Positions 17,127-26,466 of a stretch of 64,000 nucleotides of DNA are shown here, one piece after another. Origin of the DNA: Candidatus Nitrosomirales archaeon (GTDB lineage: Archaea; Thermoproteota; Nitrososphaeria; Nitrososphaerales; UBA213); the NCBI GenBank assembly GCA_049199595.1, contig JBMCYV010000012.1, forward strand, positions 3,660 to 67,659, in the 5' to 3' direction. Every line of letters starts with the position of its first letter. Within the stretch, counting starts at the first letter, position 1. The position numbers and the translations under genes are program-made. The notes beneath the pieces were generated by a model. The model worked only from the letters and a program-made list of their open reading frames with translations. It made no database searches and was not told where the DNA came from.

Positions 17127-19835
17127 GTGAACCGTGATCTTAGAAACATAATTGCTGGCTTCGCTGGACTGATCATAGCAGGCTTGCTGCTAATCTTTGT
17201 TTTCCTGCCCCCTGAAGAGCCACCTATCCCAATTCAGCCGATAGGGGAAGAAATACCCGACACTGATAACGGCGAGGGAGAAGAGGAGACGCCTCCCCTG
17301 CCATCGGATTTCGCAGAGGTAAACGGGGATGGATTGGAGGTTCTCGATAATCTTACTCTTACAATAATCAAGGCCAGTTCTGGAACTATCGGTAGCCAAG
17401 GTTCTGGCAGCGGAGGTGGAGGAGGGGGCGGCGGAGGCTCGAGAGACAGAACTCCTCCAATAGTCACTGGTATTTTCTCCCGGCCAAATGATACCGGCGA
17501 CGGCTGGTATACGCATCCATTCACAGTAACTTGGGTTGGAGAAGATGCTAGGAGCGGAATTGACTTTTGCGACCCTCCAACAAACTATTCTGGACCTGAT
17601 GGTAGCGCAATCGTCCTTGAAGGACATTGCACAGATAAAGCTGGTAATGAAGGCACTGGTCAGGTGACGTTTAACTACAATGCAACGCGATTCGTGCCTC
17701 TGCTATTTTACGACCTCACATTGACCCCTAACACGATCAATGCCGGCTCGGATATAACAGGTGTTGCCAAGACCAACGATACTAGCATAACAAACGTTGT
17801 ATTTTCTTGGAAAGATCCATCAGATACCATTGTGGCGTCCAATGCCAAAATAGTTACGATAGGAGCTAGTCTTCGTATAGCTGTCGATATCTTTACCGCT
17901 CCAAACCAGGGCGGAGTATGGTCAGTCGATGCTCATTTCAAGAATACCGCCGGTAATGATGTGACTGTATTATCAAAGAACTTTACTGTGGTGTCTACGT
18001 CTGTCAACTACCTTTACAGCCTTTCTCTGGATAAGGAAACCGTCAAGATAAACAATCCAATTACTTCTACTGCGGGAACCAACGATTCTAGTATTAATAA
18101 AGTAGAATTTGATTGGAGCCACATTGAAACCAACGAAGTGGTATCTCATCTAAAATCAATCTCTAGTGGAACTGCACAAGACTCTCTCCTTCCTGATGCA
18201 CTAGGACAATGGATAGTTGATGCTCACTTTAATAACGCAACTCATGATGACGTCGCCATAAAGTCAAAGTTGTTTACGGTAATTCCTATTAACGGTGGAG
18301 GCGGTGGCGGAGGGGACAATCGTCCACCGGTGGCTGTCGATGATACGATTACAACCCTTGTAAACGTCCCGGTTACTATTAATGTCCTATCCAACGATTT
18401 TGACCCCGATGGGGATCCTATCTTTATCCTGTTGTTCACTCAGGCAGACAATGGATCTGTTATCGATAACCATGACGGCACGCTGACATATACACCCATG
18501 GAGAACTTTACCGGACAGGACAAGTTTACGTACAAGATCTCTGACGGTTCTCTGGAAAGCAACGTTGCCAATGTTACATTAAGCGTCATTCGAGCGGATG
18601 GTGCACCTACTGCGAATGCAGGCCCAGATAAGGTTGTGGATGAAGAATCTTTAGTTATGTTGACTGGCTCTGCCACAGATGATCATGATAATCTGATCTT
18701 CCTATGGTCCCAGATAGCTGGACCGGTACCAGTTATCTTTACAGGGGCGGACACTCTGGCTCCTTCATTCACAGCACCATCTATTGATCATGATGATCCA
18801 GCATCCCTGCAATTGACATTAACATTCCAGTTGGTAGTAACTGATGCTGACGGAAATACAGCGTCAGATACTGTTACCGTGACAGTGAAGGATGTCAATA
18901 AACTGCCACTTGCCGATGCGGGAAGTGATCAAACTATTCATGAGGCCACCCAAGTGCACTTGTCAGGATCTGGTTCATCGGATCCCGATGATGATGATCT
19001 AACGTTCAGCTGGAAACAGACAGGAGGTCCTTCGATTGAATTGAGCGATGCCACCTCTGCCGCACCATCATTCACAGCACCTGAGGTCAGCAATCAGACG
19101 GTATTAACGTTCGAGCTCAAGGTAAATGATGGATTTGACGGTAACTCTACAGATTCGGTGAACATCACTGTTCTGGATGAGGATGAATGTAATGGAGAAG
19201 GACATGACAAGGATAGACACCGCCATGGAGAAATACACCGACACAAAGAGATTGACGAGGACAAACACAAGCATGGAGACATACACAAACACAAAGACAT
19301 GAGCGGAGACCACGATGAATGTAACGGCGGAGGCCAGAATGATGACAAGGACCAACCCAAGGATAAGCACAAACACAATGACAATGGCAACGACAAGGAA
19401 GAGGCAGGCGATAATGACCAAGGAGGAAAAGATGACAATGAAGACTCAGAAAAAGATAGAAGCAGTTCAGGGGGAGGTGACAAGGAGCGCAAGAATGAGC
19501 ATAGCGAAAAAGGCGCGAACAATTCCGGTCAGCATGACAACGGATCGCACGACGACTCATCTGACAAGGGACAGAGAGGAGGCAATGACAATAAATCAGG
19601 CGGCAACGATAACAGAGTTCGTGACTCATCTGGTGAAGGAGATGGAGGAAACCAAGGCTCCGGAGACAACGGATCAGGACACAAAAAGAATGGCAACGAT
19701 AACAAAGGTTCATCCTCATCTTCACGGGAAGGTGAGAGAGCTCAAAAGAGCGATGCAGGCGATAAGGGTGGTAAAGATAATGATCGCAGCGATGGTGATC
19801 ATGATAACAAGAAGGGCAAGCAGAAGCGTCCATGA
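17127..19835 (+). CDS. large N-terminally anchored surface protein (Ig-like, cadherin-like and PKD-like modules, H/K/D-rich tail)
   Basis: N-terminal TM helix. Poly-Gly linkers. Two ~95-aa Ig-like repeats. A cadherin-like/VCBS-type module (NRPPVAVDDTITT..VLSNDFDPDGDP..LTYTP..FTGQDKFTYKISDG). Two PKD-like modules (ANAGPDKVVDE.., ADAGSDQTIHE..LTFSWKQTGGP). Confidence 0.85.
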   Translation: MNRDLRNIIAGFAGLIIAGLLLIFVFLPPEEPPIPIQPIGEEIPDTDNGEGEEETPPLPSDFAEVNGDGLEVLDNLTLTIIKASSGTIGSQGSGSGGGGGGGGGSRDRTPPIVTGIFSRPNDTGDGWYTHPFTVTWVGEDARSGIDFCDPPTNYSGPDGSAIVLEGHCTDKAGNEGTGQVTFNYNATRFVPLLFYDLTLTPNTINAGSDITGVAKTNDTSITNVVFSWKDPSDTIVASNAKIVTIGASLRIAVDIFTAPNQGGVWSVDAHFKNTAGNDVTVLSKNFTVVSTSVNYLYSLSLDKETVKINNPITSTAGTNDSSINKVEFDWSHIETNEVVSHLKSISSGTAQDSLLPDALGQWIVDAHFNNATHDDVAIKSKLFTVIPINGGGGGGGDNRPPVAVDDTITTLVNVPVTINVLSNDFDPDGDPIFILLFTQADNGSVIDNHDGTLTYTPMENFTGQDKFTYKISDGSLESNVANVTLSVIRADGAPTANAGPDKVVDEESLVMLTGSATDDHDNLIFLWSQIAGPVPVIFTGADTLAPSFTAPSIDHDDPASLQLTLTFQLVVTDADGNTASDTVTVTVKDVNKLPLADAGSDQTIHEATQVHLSGSGSSDPDDDDLTFSWKQTGGPSIELSDATSAAPSFTAPEVSNQTVLTFELKVNDGFDGNSTDSVNITVLDEDECNGEGHDKDRHRHGEIHRHKEIDEDKHKHGDIHKHKDMSGDHDECNGGGQNDDKDQPKDKHKHNDNGNDKEEAGDNDQGGKDDNEDSEKDRSSSGGGDKERKNEHSEKGANNSGQHDNGSHDDSSDKGQRGGNDNKSGGNDNRVRDSSGEGDGGNQGSGDNGSGHKKNGNDNKGSSSSSREGERAQKSDAGDKGGKDNDRSDGDHDNKKGKQKRP
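19175..19832 (+). other. ~220-aa low-complexity H/K/D/G/N-rich C-terminal tail
   Basis: DEDECNGEGHDKDRHRHGEIHRHKEIDEDKHKHGDIHKHKDMSGDHDECNGGGQNDDKD.., followed by G/N/D/S/K-rich sequence to the C-terminus. Confidence 0.8.
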
Positions 19836-19903
19836 TAGCGATTAATTTTTGAGGCTTCAGTCAAGCGGCTATTCATAATAAAGATGTGATTGCAGTACCC
19901 TTT

Positions 19904-20092
19904 ATGACGGAGTTAGGGAAAAAGCTGAGCAAGCTTCTGATCATCAATGAAAAGGATTGCTTCAAGGTTAAACCAAAGGAATGGCTTGACCTGAAAGCAT
20001 GGAGGGAAATTCATGACATGCTGAGGCTTCAGGGATTCAACTGGCTTGCCAATGGAAAGGATACTTGCTGGATAAAGCCTGCTACTAAGTAG
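19904..20092 (+). CDS. small hypothetical protein with conserved KLLIINEKDCFKVKPK core
   Basis: ORF track 19886..20092, with an ATG at 19904. The core peptide is identical to that of the 24284..24448 ORF despite 8 synonymous nucleotide differences. Confidence 0.5.
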   Translation: MTELGKKLSKLLIINEKDCFKVKPKEWLDLKAWREIHDMLRLQGFNWLANGKDTCWIKPATK

Positions 20093-20627
20093 TAACAAAT
20101 ACTCAACATCTTTATCGTTATTCCATAGTCTGCTAAATAGGCTAGTTCTAAAATTGCATTAGTGAAGGGCATCAAGCTGATTCTTACCCTTGTGGTACTA
20201 GTCTTTGTAGGACTCACTACAATTCCGCAGGCACATAATGTGTAAGCGGCACAAGTTTGTGCTCAGGAGGGAGGCGTTCTCTTTTTATTCATAGGGCATA
20301 AGCAGAATTGCCTTAATTGCGGCCAGTTATTCATAATCGCAAAAGGCGCTATGTACTGGCGCGATTAGCAGGCGGCGACAAGCTATTACTCCGGGGAGTG
20401 AAAGCGCCCGCCGCACCCCTATTAGCCCGAAAAACCTCAGTCTCCAAAAACCCTAAAAATTAGGGCATTATCATGCGGAAAATTCCAGTTCAAAGCCTTA
20501 CGAAAAAACCTTTGGCCAAACAAAAGTAGTGATTTTATTGCATATTATGTTATCCAGAAACTAGAAGATACCCGTCCCACTACCATTGCTAGATAAATGT
20601 CGCGCTTCAACAGAGAATGCGCCCTAA

Positions 20628-22319
20628 ATGATAAAATATTATGTCTTCATTGCTGCTTTAATTGCTGTCTTCCTAATTCCTAGTTTATTTGAAAGTGCTG
20701 ATGCCGCATCTTTTGATGTTCAGCCTAGAAGTGTCGCAAGTGGTACTCCGCTTCACTTTTCAATAATAATGGAGGGGACGTCCCCAAACGGGTTTGTCCC
20801 TGGCGGAGAGTTATTTCTTCAAGTCCGTATCAATGGTCCGTGCACGACTTCCATAGATTTTGGGGGGAGAAGCCTGGCTCATTATGGACTTGATTATGAG
20901 TTGGATGGCCCACAGCCAGGCTGGGCGAGTAACTTTCCATGCTTTCTAACTCTCAGGCCTGGTGAATATGTCGCCTCTTTAGATTATAGGCTAGTTGAAG
21001 CTGACGGGGCGACGACCACCATTCACACTATTGATGTACCATTCACAGTCTTTGGCGATACTGACAATGACGGAGTCCCAGATGCGGACGACAACTGTCC
21101 TTCCAATGCAAATCCCGGTCAAGAAGATGCTGATGAAGACAATATTGGCAACGCATGCGATCCAGATTATGACCGTGATGGAGACGGGGTACTGAACGAT
21201 GATGACAACTGCCCAGACGTGCCTAATCCAGATCAGTTGGATTCTGACAATGACGGACTGGGCTTTGTGTGTGACCCCAATGATTTTGATGGTGATAATG
21301 ACGGGATTGATAACGATCTGGATAATTGCCCGACAGTGTTTAATCCCTTCCAAGACGACTCGGACAATAACGGCACAGGTGATGCATGTGAGACAGATTT
21401 AGATCACGACGGAGTTCCAAATACATCTGACAACTGCCCACTGGATCCAAATTCGGACCAGCTGGACGGAGATCATAATGGCTTTGGAGATGCATGTGAC
21501 GAACCTGATAGAGACGATGATGGCCTAACGAATGACATAGACAATTGTCCTGATACACCAAATCCGGACCAGCTGGAGAGCGACTTTCCGCCTGACGGAC
21601 TGGGCGACGCATGCGATCCTCCTGATACCGATGGCGATGGAATTACCAATGATCTAGATAACTGTCCTAACACCGAAAATACAGCACAGTTTGACGAAGA
21701 TGGGGATGGACAGGGCGATTTGTGTGACGAGGACTATGATCCCGATGGGGATGGACTAACTGGAGCTGGTGACAACTGTATATTTCAATATAACCCAGAC
21801 CAGCATGATGCTAATGATGACGGCGCCGGCGACGCATGCGATCCTTGGTCAGACACAGATTCTGATGGACTAAATGATATGCAGGAGGATCAAATCGGCA
21901 CGGACCCTAACACTTTCACAGAGACAGAAGAAGGGATAAACACCTATTCAGACGGAGAGGCGATCGACTCTTCTGATGATGCTTCGATTGGTCAAGAAGT
22001 GGGCGTAGCCATCGTGCCTCCGGAAGAAGTGGACGCAATAGGCGTCACAGTAACGGATTCTAATGGGGAGGTATTCCTTGAAGATACGCTTATCCCAGAA
22101 TCTCCTGTCGTATTTTCGTTCATACCAGACAAGCCGGGCGAATGGACAGTAGCCGCAGACTTTTTCAATGGTACGATACTTACAGAAACTCTTAGTGTTT
22201 CGTTCTTTGTAGTTCCAGAGTCGCCGATAGGTGTGATAGCTATTCTTGCATCAAGCCTCGCAACTCTTCTATGGTTCATAAGAAGAAGGAACAACGATAG
22301 AAAGACTAGGCTAATCTAA
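20628..22319 (+). CDS. secreted thrombospondin type-3 repeat (Ca-binding) protein with PESPIG C-terminal sorting signal
   Basis: Signal peptide. Seven D.D.DG..D..DNCP...NP.Q.D.D repeats. An Ig-like module. Ends FFVVPESPIGVIAILASSLATLLWFIRRRNN. Confidence 0.9.
   Translation: MIKYYVFIAALIAVFLIPSLFESADAASFDVQPRSVASGTPLHFSIIMEGTSPNGFVPGGELFLQVRINGPCTTSIDFGGRSLAHYGLDYELDGPQPGWASNFPCFLTLRPGEYVASLDYRLVEADGATTTIHTIDVPFTVFGDTDNDGVPDADDNCPSNANPGQEDADEDNIGNACDPDYDRDGDGVLNDDDNCPDVPNPDQLDSDNDGLGFVCDPNDFDGDNDGIDNDLDNCPTVFNPFQDDSDNNGTGDACETDLDHDGVPNTSDNCPLDPNSDQLDGDHNGFGDACDEPDRDDDGLTNDIDNCPDTPNPDQLESDFPPDGLGDACDPPDTDGDGITNDLDNCPNTENTAQFDEDGDGQGDLCDEDYDPDGDGLTGAGDNCIFQYNPDQHDANDDGAGDACDPWSDTDSDGLNDMQEDQIGTDPNTFTETEEGINTYSDGEAIDSSDDASIGQEVGVAIVPPEEVDAIGVTVTDSNGEVFLEDTLIPESPVVFSFIPDKPGEWTVAADFFNGTILTETLSVSFFVVPESPIGVIAILASSLATLLWFIRRRNNDRKTRLI
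21060..21860 (+). repeat. array of seven TSP type-3-like coding repeats
   Basis: DNCPSNANPGQ, DNCPDVPNPDQ, DNCPTVFNPFQ, DNCPLDPNSDQ, DNCPDTPNPDQ, DNCPNTENTAQ, DNCIFQYNPDQ. Confidence 0.85.
22209..22316 (+). other. C-terminal sorting signal, PESPIG class
   Basis: VVPESPIG + 16 hydrophobic residues + RRRNNDRKTR. Confidence 0.65.
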
Positions 22320-22431
22320 TTGCTGCCGCCAACCACGTATTGGGATAGTCTGTCAATCTAACACGGCCAGCCAGCTCGTTGTGTTAATTTCATTTAGGCT
22401 CGAGATTTTCGTCCACTAATTGATCTTAACA

Positions 22432-22633
22432 CTACTGCCCTTCTTGATAGAGCTCAAGTATTTCCTCGGCAGTAAGTGCCTTGTCGTAAATTCTTATTTC
22501 GTCCATTAGTCCACCGAAATAGTCTGGTGCAGTTGGATGGGATCTTTTTCCAAAAGTCAATGGGTCCGAAGTATCCCGTACCGTTCCAGATAAGGGCGCG
22601 CTTTGACCTAGGACGCCGTCAATGTATATGCGA
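22432..22633 (-). pseudogene. out-of-frame continuation of the second LamG module of 22608..24245
   Basis: In the adjacent minus-strand frame the sequence reads YIDGVLGQSAPLSGTVRDTSDPLTFGKRSHPTAPDYFGGLMDEIRIYDKALTAEEILELYQEGQ* (stop at 22432-22434). This is the canonical LamG_3 C-terminus. The frame break lies near the GCATATACA tract at about 22624-22632. Confidence 0.6.
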
Positions 22634-24245
22634 TCTCGCCATTCTTGTACGTTCCAACAAGAAGATGGAATGTTGCGGTGTCAGTTATGGTTTGTGATGG
22701 GACTACAGTGTTCAATGAGGTAGTGGTATCAACTGCCCAGCTAACTCTATTGTTGTTAGCTGGGTCAAACCACAATCCATAGCTTGATGTGTTGTCTCCG
22801 ATGAGCTGACCTTTTACGACTATCATTTGGAACGTGCCCAATTGTTGCCGCTTAATCCAGGCAGAGACGGTCAGTTCACTCATTCCATCTAGGGTACTGG
22901 AATCAAGGACATTCACGTAATCGTTAGAGCCGTCGAAGCTCAAACAGGATCCTGATACACAAGAGCTAGACCATATAGGACCATTAACCAAAGTACCAGT
23001 GTTACTGTTTCCACTACTATCTGCCGCCGTTGTCCCGGCGCCTTCATCGAATTTCCATTGTCCAACGAGACCTCCTGTTATAGTTGGGGGCTGGGCAGGA
23101 GTATTTTCTTGGAATAGTTGAAGAATTTCTGTCTGGCTCAATGCCCTGTTGAATATACGAACATCATCCATCGTCACGTTTGTGAAGAACTCAAGGTTGT
23201 TGTATTTTCCCACCAGAAGTGGTTTCTCATAATATGATATAGTGCCTGTCTTGGGAACAGATGCCTTCAGCTGTCCGTTCACATACTCTTTCATTTGCGA
23301 CCCGTCATACACAACGGTAACTAACTGCCAGGTGTTTAGATCAATTAATACCTCGCTTGCACCTTCTCCCATGAATGTCCATATACCGTTTGTGGTTATC
23401 GACCAAATCAATTCCGCTTTATTTGATTGTCCGGTCTTGGGTTCTAATTGTAAGTTGTAAGAATAGAAGGGACTAGAATGAGTTGTAAATCCTTTATCAA
23501 TCAGTGCTCCTCTCGGCTGGGCTGCGTTGACCCACATTGAAATTGTGATAGCATTGGCAGGTTCGATAGTTGAGGACCTAGGAACACTGACGTAATCGTT
23601 AACTCCATCAAAGTCCAAGCAGCTGCTGCCTACGACACATTGGGTATTGCTCGTCCACGTAGGACCGTTCACTAAAGTCCCAGTGTTTCCATTACCGCTG
23701 CTATCGTTGGCTTCTGCTCCACTGCCTTCATCAAGCTTCCAGTGAGCAACAAGACCAGTGCGAACAATTTCACAGTTTCCTAATACTTTATCGCCATCTG
23801 CTTCCGAAAAGTCTTGTACAATATCATTTCCTTGTCCACAATTAAAAATGTCGGCACCTAGACCGCCTGTTAGGATATCGTCCCCAGGTCCGCCTGAAAG
23901 CAGGTCGTCTCCTCTACCACCAGACAACTTGTCGTTGCCGCGTCCACCGTCCAGCCTATCATTCCCATCCCCGCCAAATAGATTATCAGGACCACCAAGT
24001 CCCTGTATGAAATCGTCACCGCCTTCCCCGCTGATATAGTCTTGACCGTTTGTACCTTTAAGATGCTCATTGGCACTCGTGCCCGTTATGCTTAGAGCGG
24101 AGGCAGTTGGTAGCAATGATGCAAAAACTCCCATGATAAGAATTGTCGAAAGTGCCAGGAATGTCGCAAAATATAAGGCGTTTGTCTTATTATTCACAAA
24201 TCCAATACTGTGAAGGGCTATATAGCGTATTATGGATAATTTCAA
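22608..24245 (-). CDS. secreted RTX-repeat / double LamG (Laminin_G_3-like) protein, 3' end apparently frameshifted
   Basis: N-terminal anchor or signal. GGDGNDRLDGGRGNDKLSGGRGDDLLSGGPGDDILTGGLGADIF nonapeptide repeats. Two LamG-like modules begin LVAHWKLDEGSG.. and LVGQWKFDEGAG... The second module is cut short by the stop at 22608. Confidence 0.8.
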   Translation of the reverse strand: MKLSIIRYIALHSIGFVNNKTNALYFATFLALSTILIMGVFASLLPTASALSITGTSANEHLKGTNGQDYISGEGGDDFIQGLGGPDNLFGGDGNDRLDGGRGNDKLSGGRGDDLLSGGPGDDILTGGLGADIFNCGQGNDIVQDFSEADGDKVLGNCEIVRTGLVAHWKLDEGSGAEANDSSGNGNTGTLVNGPTWTSNTQCVVGSSCLDFDGVNDYVSVPRSSTIEPANAITISMWVNAAQPRGALIDKGFTTHSSPFYSYNLQLEPKTGQSNKAELIWSITTNGIWTFMGEGASEVLIDLNTWQLVTVVYDGSQMKEYVNGQLKASVPKTGTISYYEKPLLVGKYNNLEFFTNVTMDDVRIFNRALSQTEILQLFQENTPAQPPTITGGLVGQWKFDEGAGTTAADSSGNSNTGTLVNGPIWSSSCVSGSCLSFDGSNDYVNVLDSSTLDGMSELTVSAWIKRQQLGTFQMIVVKGQLIGDNTSSYGLWFDPANNNRVSWAVDTTTSLNTVVPSQTITDTATFHLLVGTYKNGEIAYTLTAS

Positions 24246-24283
24246 GAGGTGCTCTATACCTTGAATACCTGTAGAATTCCCTT

Positions 24284-24448
24284 TCAGTCAGCAGTTATCC
24301 TTACAGAGTAGTCAGTTGGACAGCCTTTTGGCTTGACCTTGAAACAGTCTTTTTCATTGATGATTAGGAGCTTTTGCATTCTAATTCCTAATCCTTTCAC
24401 AATAGGTTGAGCTATATCATCTTTATTACGGATAGCAGCTTGTCCCAT
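24284..24448 (-). CDS. small (54 aa) hypothetical protein, paralog of 19904..20092
   Basis: Own translation: MGQAAIRNKDDIAQPIVKGLGIRMQKLLIINEKDCFKVKPKGCPTDYSVRITAD. It is below the ORF-track length cut-off. It lies directly upstream of, and co-directional with, the RTX/LamG gene. Confidence 0.45.
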   Translation of the reverse strand: MGQAAIRNKDDIAQPIVKGLGIRMQKLLIINEKDCFKVKPKGCPTDYSVRITAD

Positions 24449-24639
24449 GAGGCTTTCTACTTTGTTTTCTCCTAGGTTCAGATTGATCCCTGCGGCTTGA
24501 GCAGGTGTTTGTAACCATCAACCTAAGATGTCGTGCTGCCATATACACGAATCAAGCTCGGGATGCGCTAGACGCGCCAATTACATAAGATTACTCAAGT
24601 TATTCTATCGTTGCTTAAATAAGACTCTAGATTATCGTT

Positions 24640-26025
24640 TTGCGGGTAGTGAAAACTTCGACTGAATACATTGATATCTGTGACCTTGAGATTGAGAATA
24701 GAAGAATAGTTGCTAATCTAAGGTTTTCAGAAGGGCTAAGAAAGTACTTTTTCACAACTGAATTGAAAGTAGAATATGATACAAAGATAACGTGCGATCG
24801 CAGCATTTCAGTGCTTCCGGCTTTATCACTTGTTGCTCCTATAGCTTGGGCGCGGGGAACAGATATTGTAGTAGATAGAGTCGATGAAGCATACCTAAAC
24901 TCACTCCAAAACGTTAGAAGGATCCTGGAAGGTTGGTTTCCCCAGTTTGTTTCAAAAAGCCAGATAAAGCCTAAAAGCATTGTAAAAAACGAACTCCACA
25001 ATCATCAAGGAGCCTTATTGTTTAGCGGTGGGCTAGATTCTATTACCTCATACCTGAGAAATAAAGCCGAGCATCTAACGTTGATTACATTGTTAATGAG
25101 CGAAGATCGTTATCGTCCTTTCTACGAGAAATTAAAGAATACTTTTCAAGGCTTTGCAAAGGATCAGGGAAACGACATACATTTCATTCAATCCAACATC
25201 AGGGGAGGAACCAATAATGTTGTAAATAACATGCTGCTAGCAAGTGAATTTGGCTTACCAACTTGGTGGAGATCAGTTAGCCTCGGCCTTGTTACACTGG
25301 GACTTTGCGCGCCATTGACTGCTTCGGCAGGAATAGCATTTGTAAGAATGGCATCAACGTATCGAGACAATCATGGGATTCCAGAGGCGGATTACTATTT
25401 GTCCAAGACAAAAATTTCTTGGGCTGATATTAATGCAATAGATGATAGTAGCGATCTGACAAGACAGCAAAAGATACGATATTTCTTTAAGGGACATAAG
25501 GATCTCTACAAGTACCTGCTAGTATGCAACAACCTGAGTGGGCATACCATCCCTATTGCAAAACCATATCCTGAAAACTGCGGTTACTGCGAAAAGTGTT
25601 TGAGAACGATTACAGGCCTGATGCTAGAAGGAATAGATCCCAATGAATGTAATTTCACAGTTGAGCCTGACATCCTCAGCCATATCAAGCATGCTTTTAC
25701 TAGCGGTTCATTGAATTTGCCTCGAAATAACAAGATATTTTGGCAGGATATACAAGAAAATGTTGTTGATTCTACAATAAATTTCAATGGTGCTACTGGT
25801 CAAAAATACCCAGCTGAAGAATTCTTTACATGGTTCAGGAATTTTGATATAGAAAGCTACAGGCCAAAAACCTACAGGCTTCTAACAAGCGAACTTCATT
25901 TTGCAATAAAGCATAAAGGAGTCCATCATGCTCTCAAGAGGACAATGGGATATGTGATTAGAAAGGGTAAGAAAAGAATGCGCAATAGGGATAGTGAGAC
26001 CCCCGAACTAGTCTCACCAATCTAA
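24640..26025 (+). CDS. PP-loop (SGGxDS) ATP-pyrophosphatase-superfamily protein, QueC-like Zn-Cys cluster
   Basis: LLFSGGLDS at 25024-25041. C-terminal VCNN-x..-ENCGYCEKC (C-x17-C-x2-C-x2-C) resembles the four-Cys site of QueC. It has an extra ~120-aa N-terminal and ~110-aa C-terminal region. Confidence 0.5.
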   Translation: MRVVKTSTEYIDICDLEIENRRIVANLRFSEGLRKYFFTTELKVEYDTKITCDRSISVLPALSLVAPIAWARGTDIVVDRVDEAYLNSLQNVRRILEGWFPQFVSKSQIKPKSIVKNELHNHQGALLFSGGLDSITSYLRNKAEHLTLITLLMSEDRYRPFYEKLKNTFQGFAKDQGNDIHFIQSNIRGGTNNVVNNMLLASEFGLPTWWRSVSLGLVTLGLCAPLTASAGIAFVRMASTYRDNHGIPEADYYLSKTKISWADINAIDDSSDLTRQQKIRYFFKGHKDLYKYLLVCNNLSGHTIPIAKPYPENCGYCEKCLRTITGLMLEGIDPNECNFTVEPDILSHIKHAFTSGSLNLPRNNKIFWQDIQENVVDSTINFNGATGQKYPAEEFFTWFRNFDIESYRPKTYRLLTSELHFAIKHKGVHHALKRTMGYVIRKGKKRMRNRDSETPELVSPI

Positions 26026-26066
26026 TCAGAAGTGGCATTAAATACGATCTACGCGATAGGGAAGGC

Positions 26067-26288
26067 TCATAGATCAGGTATTGTTAGTCCACGGTAGCGA
26101 AATGCTTTATTACGCAATTCCACTACCTGTTGCTCGTTCATGTTCATCTGCATCAATGCATTGATGTCATAGCCCAAACTCTCTAGATCTCTCCATGCCT
26201 TCTGTGACATCGAAGACGATGAAAGGTTCGGGCTAGATTCAAAGGGTTCTGACATCGTCCTGAATAACTTTACCTTTGTATTTATCAT
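26067..26288 (-). CDS. small hypothetical protein, paralog of 15538..15753
   Basis: ..AWRDLESLGYDINALMQMNMNEQQVVELRNKAFRYRGLTIPDL. Confidence 0.45.
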   Translation of the reverse strand: MINTKVKLFRTMSEPFESSPNLSSSSMSQKAWRDLESLGYDINALMQMNMNEQQVVELRNKAFRYRGLTIPDL

Positions 26289-26466
26289 TTGAGAAGTTTC
26301 AGTTACATGATAAAATCATGCAAATAATAGAATATCTGTTGGGTTATTCTAGTCTATCTGACCCAGAGACACTACGCATAGAGTTTCTATAGGATATCCT
26401 GATGCTTTTGATTTAGACGATGGACAAACCATATCCTTATAGGTTCATGAAATTTTCTGAAAATAT

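Noticed and set aside
20238-20372. Cys/His-containing reading frames (MCKRHKFVLRRE.. and ..GHKQNCLNCGQLFIIAKG..) suggesting a small zinc-ribbon gene, within a locally GC-richer 400-nt gap that also has a CCCTAAAAATTAGGG palindrome.
   Set aside because: The two halves are in different frames, interrupted by stops, and lack a usable start. No paralog or conserved structure supports an RNA or protein gene.
24627-25001. 124-aa minus-strand ORF opposite the 5' end of the PP-loop gene.
   Set aside because: It is antisense to a gene with a clear SGGxDS motif. It has no independent support.
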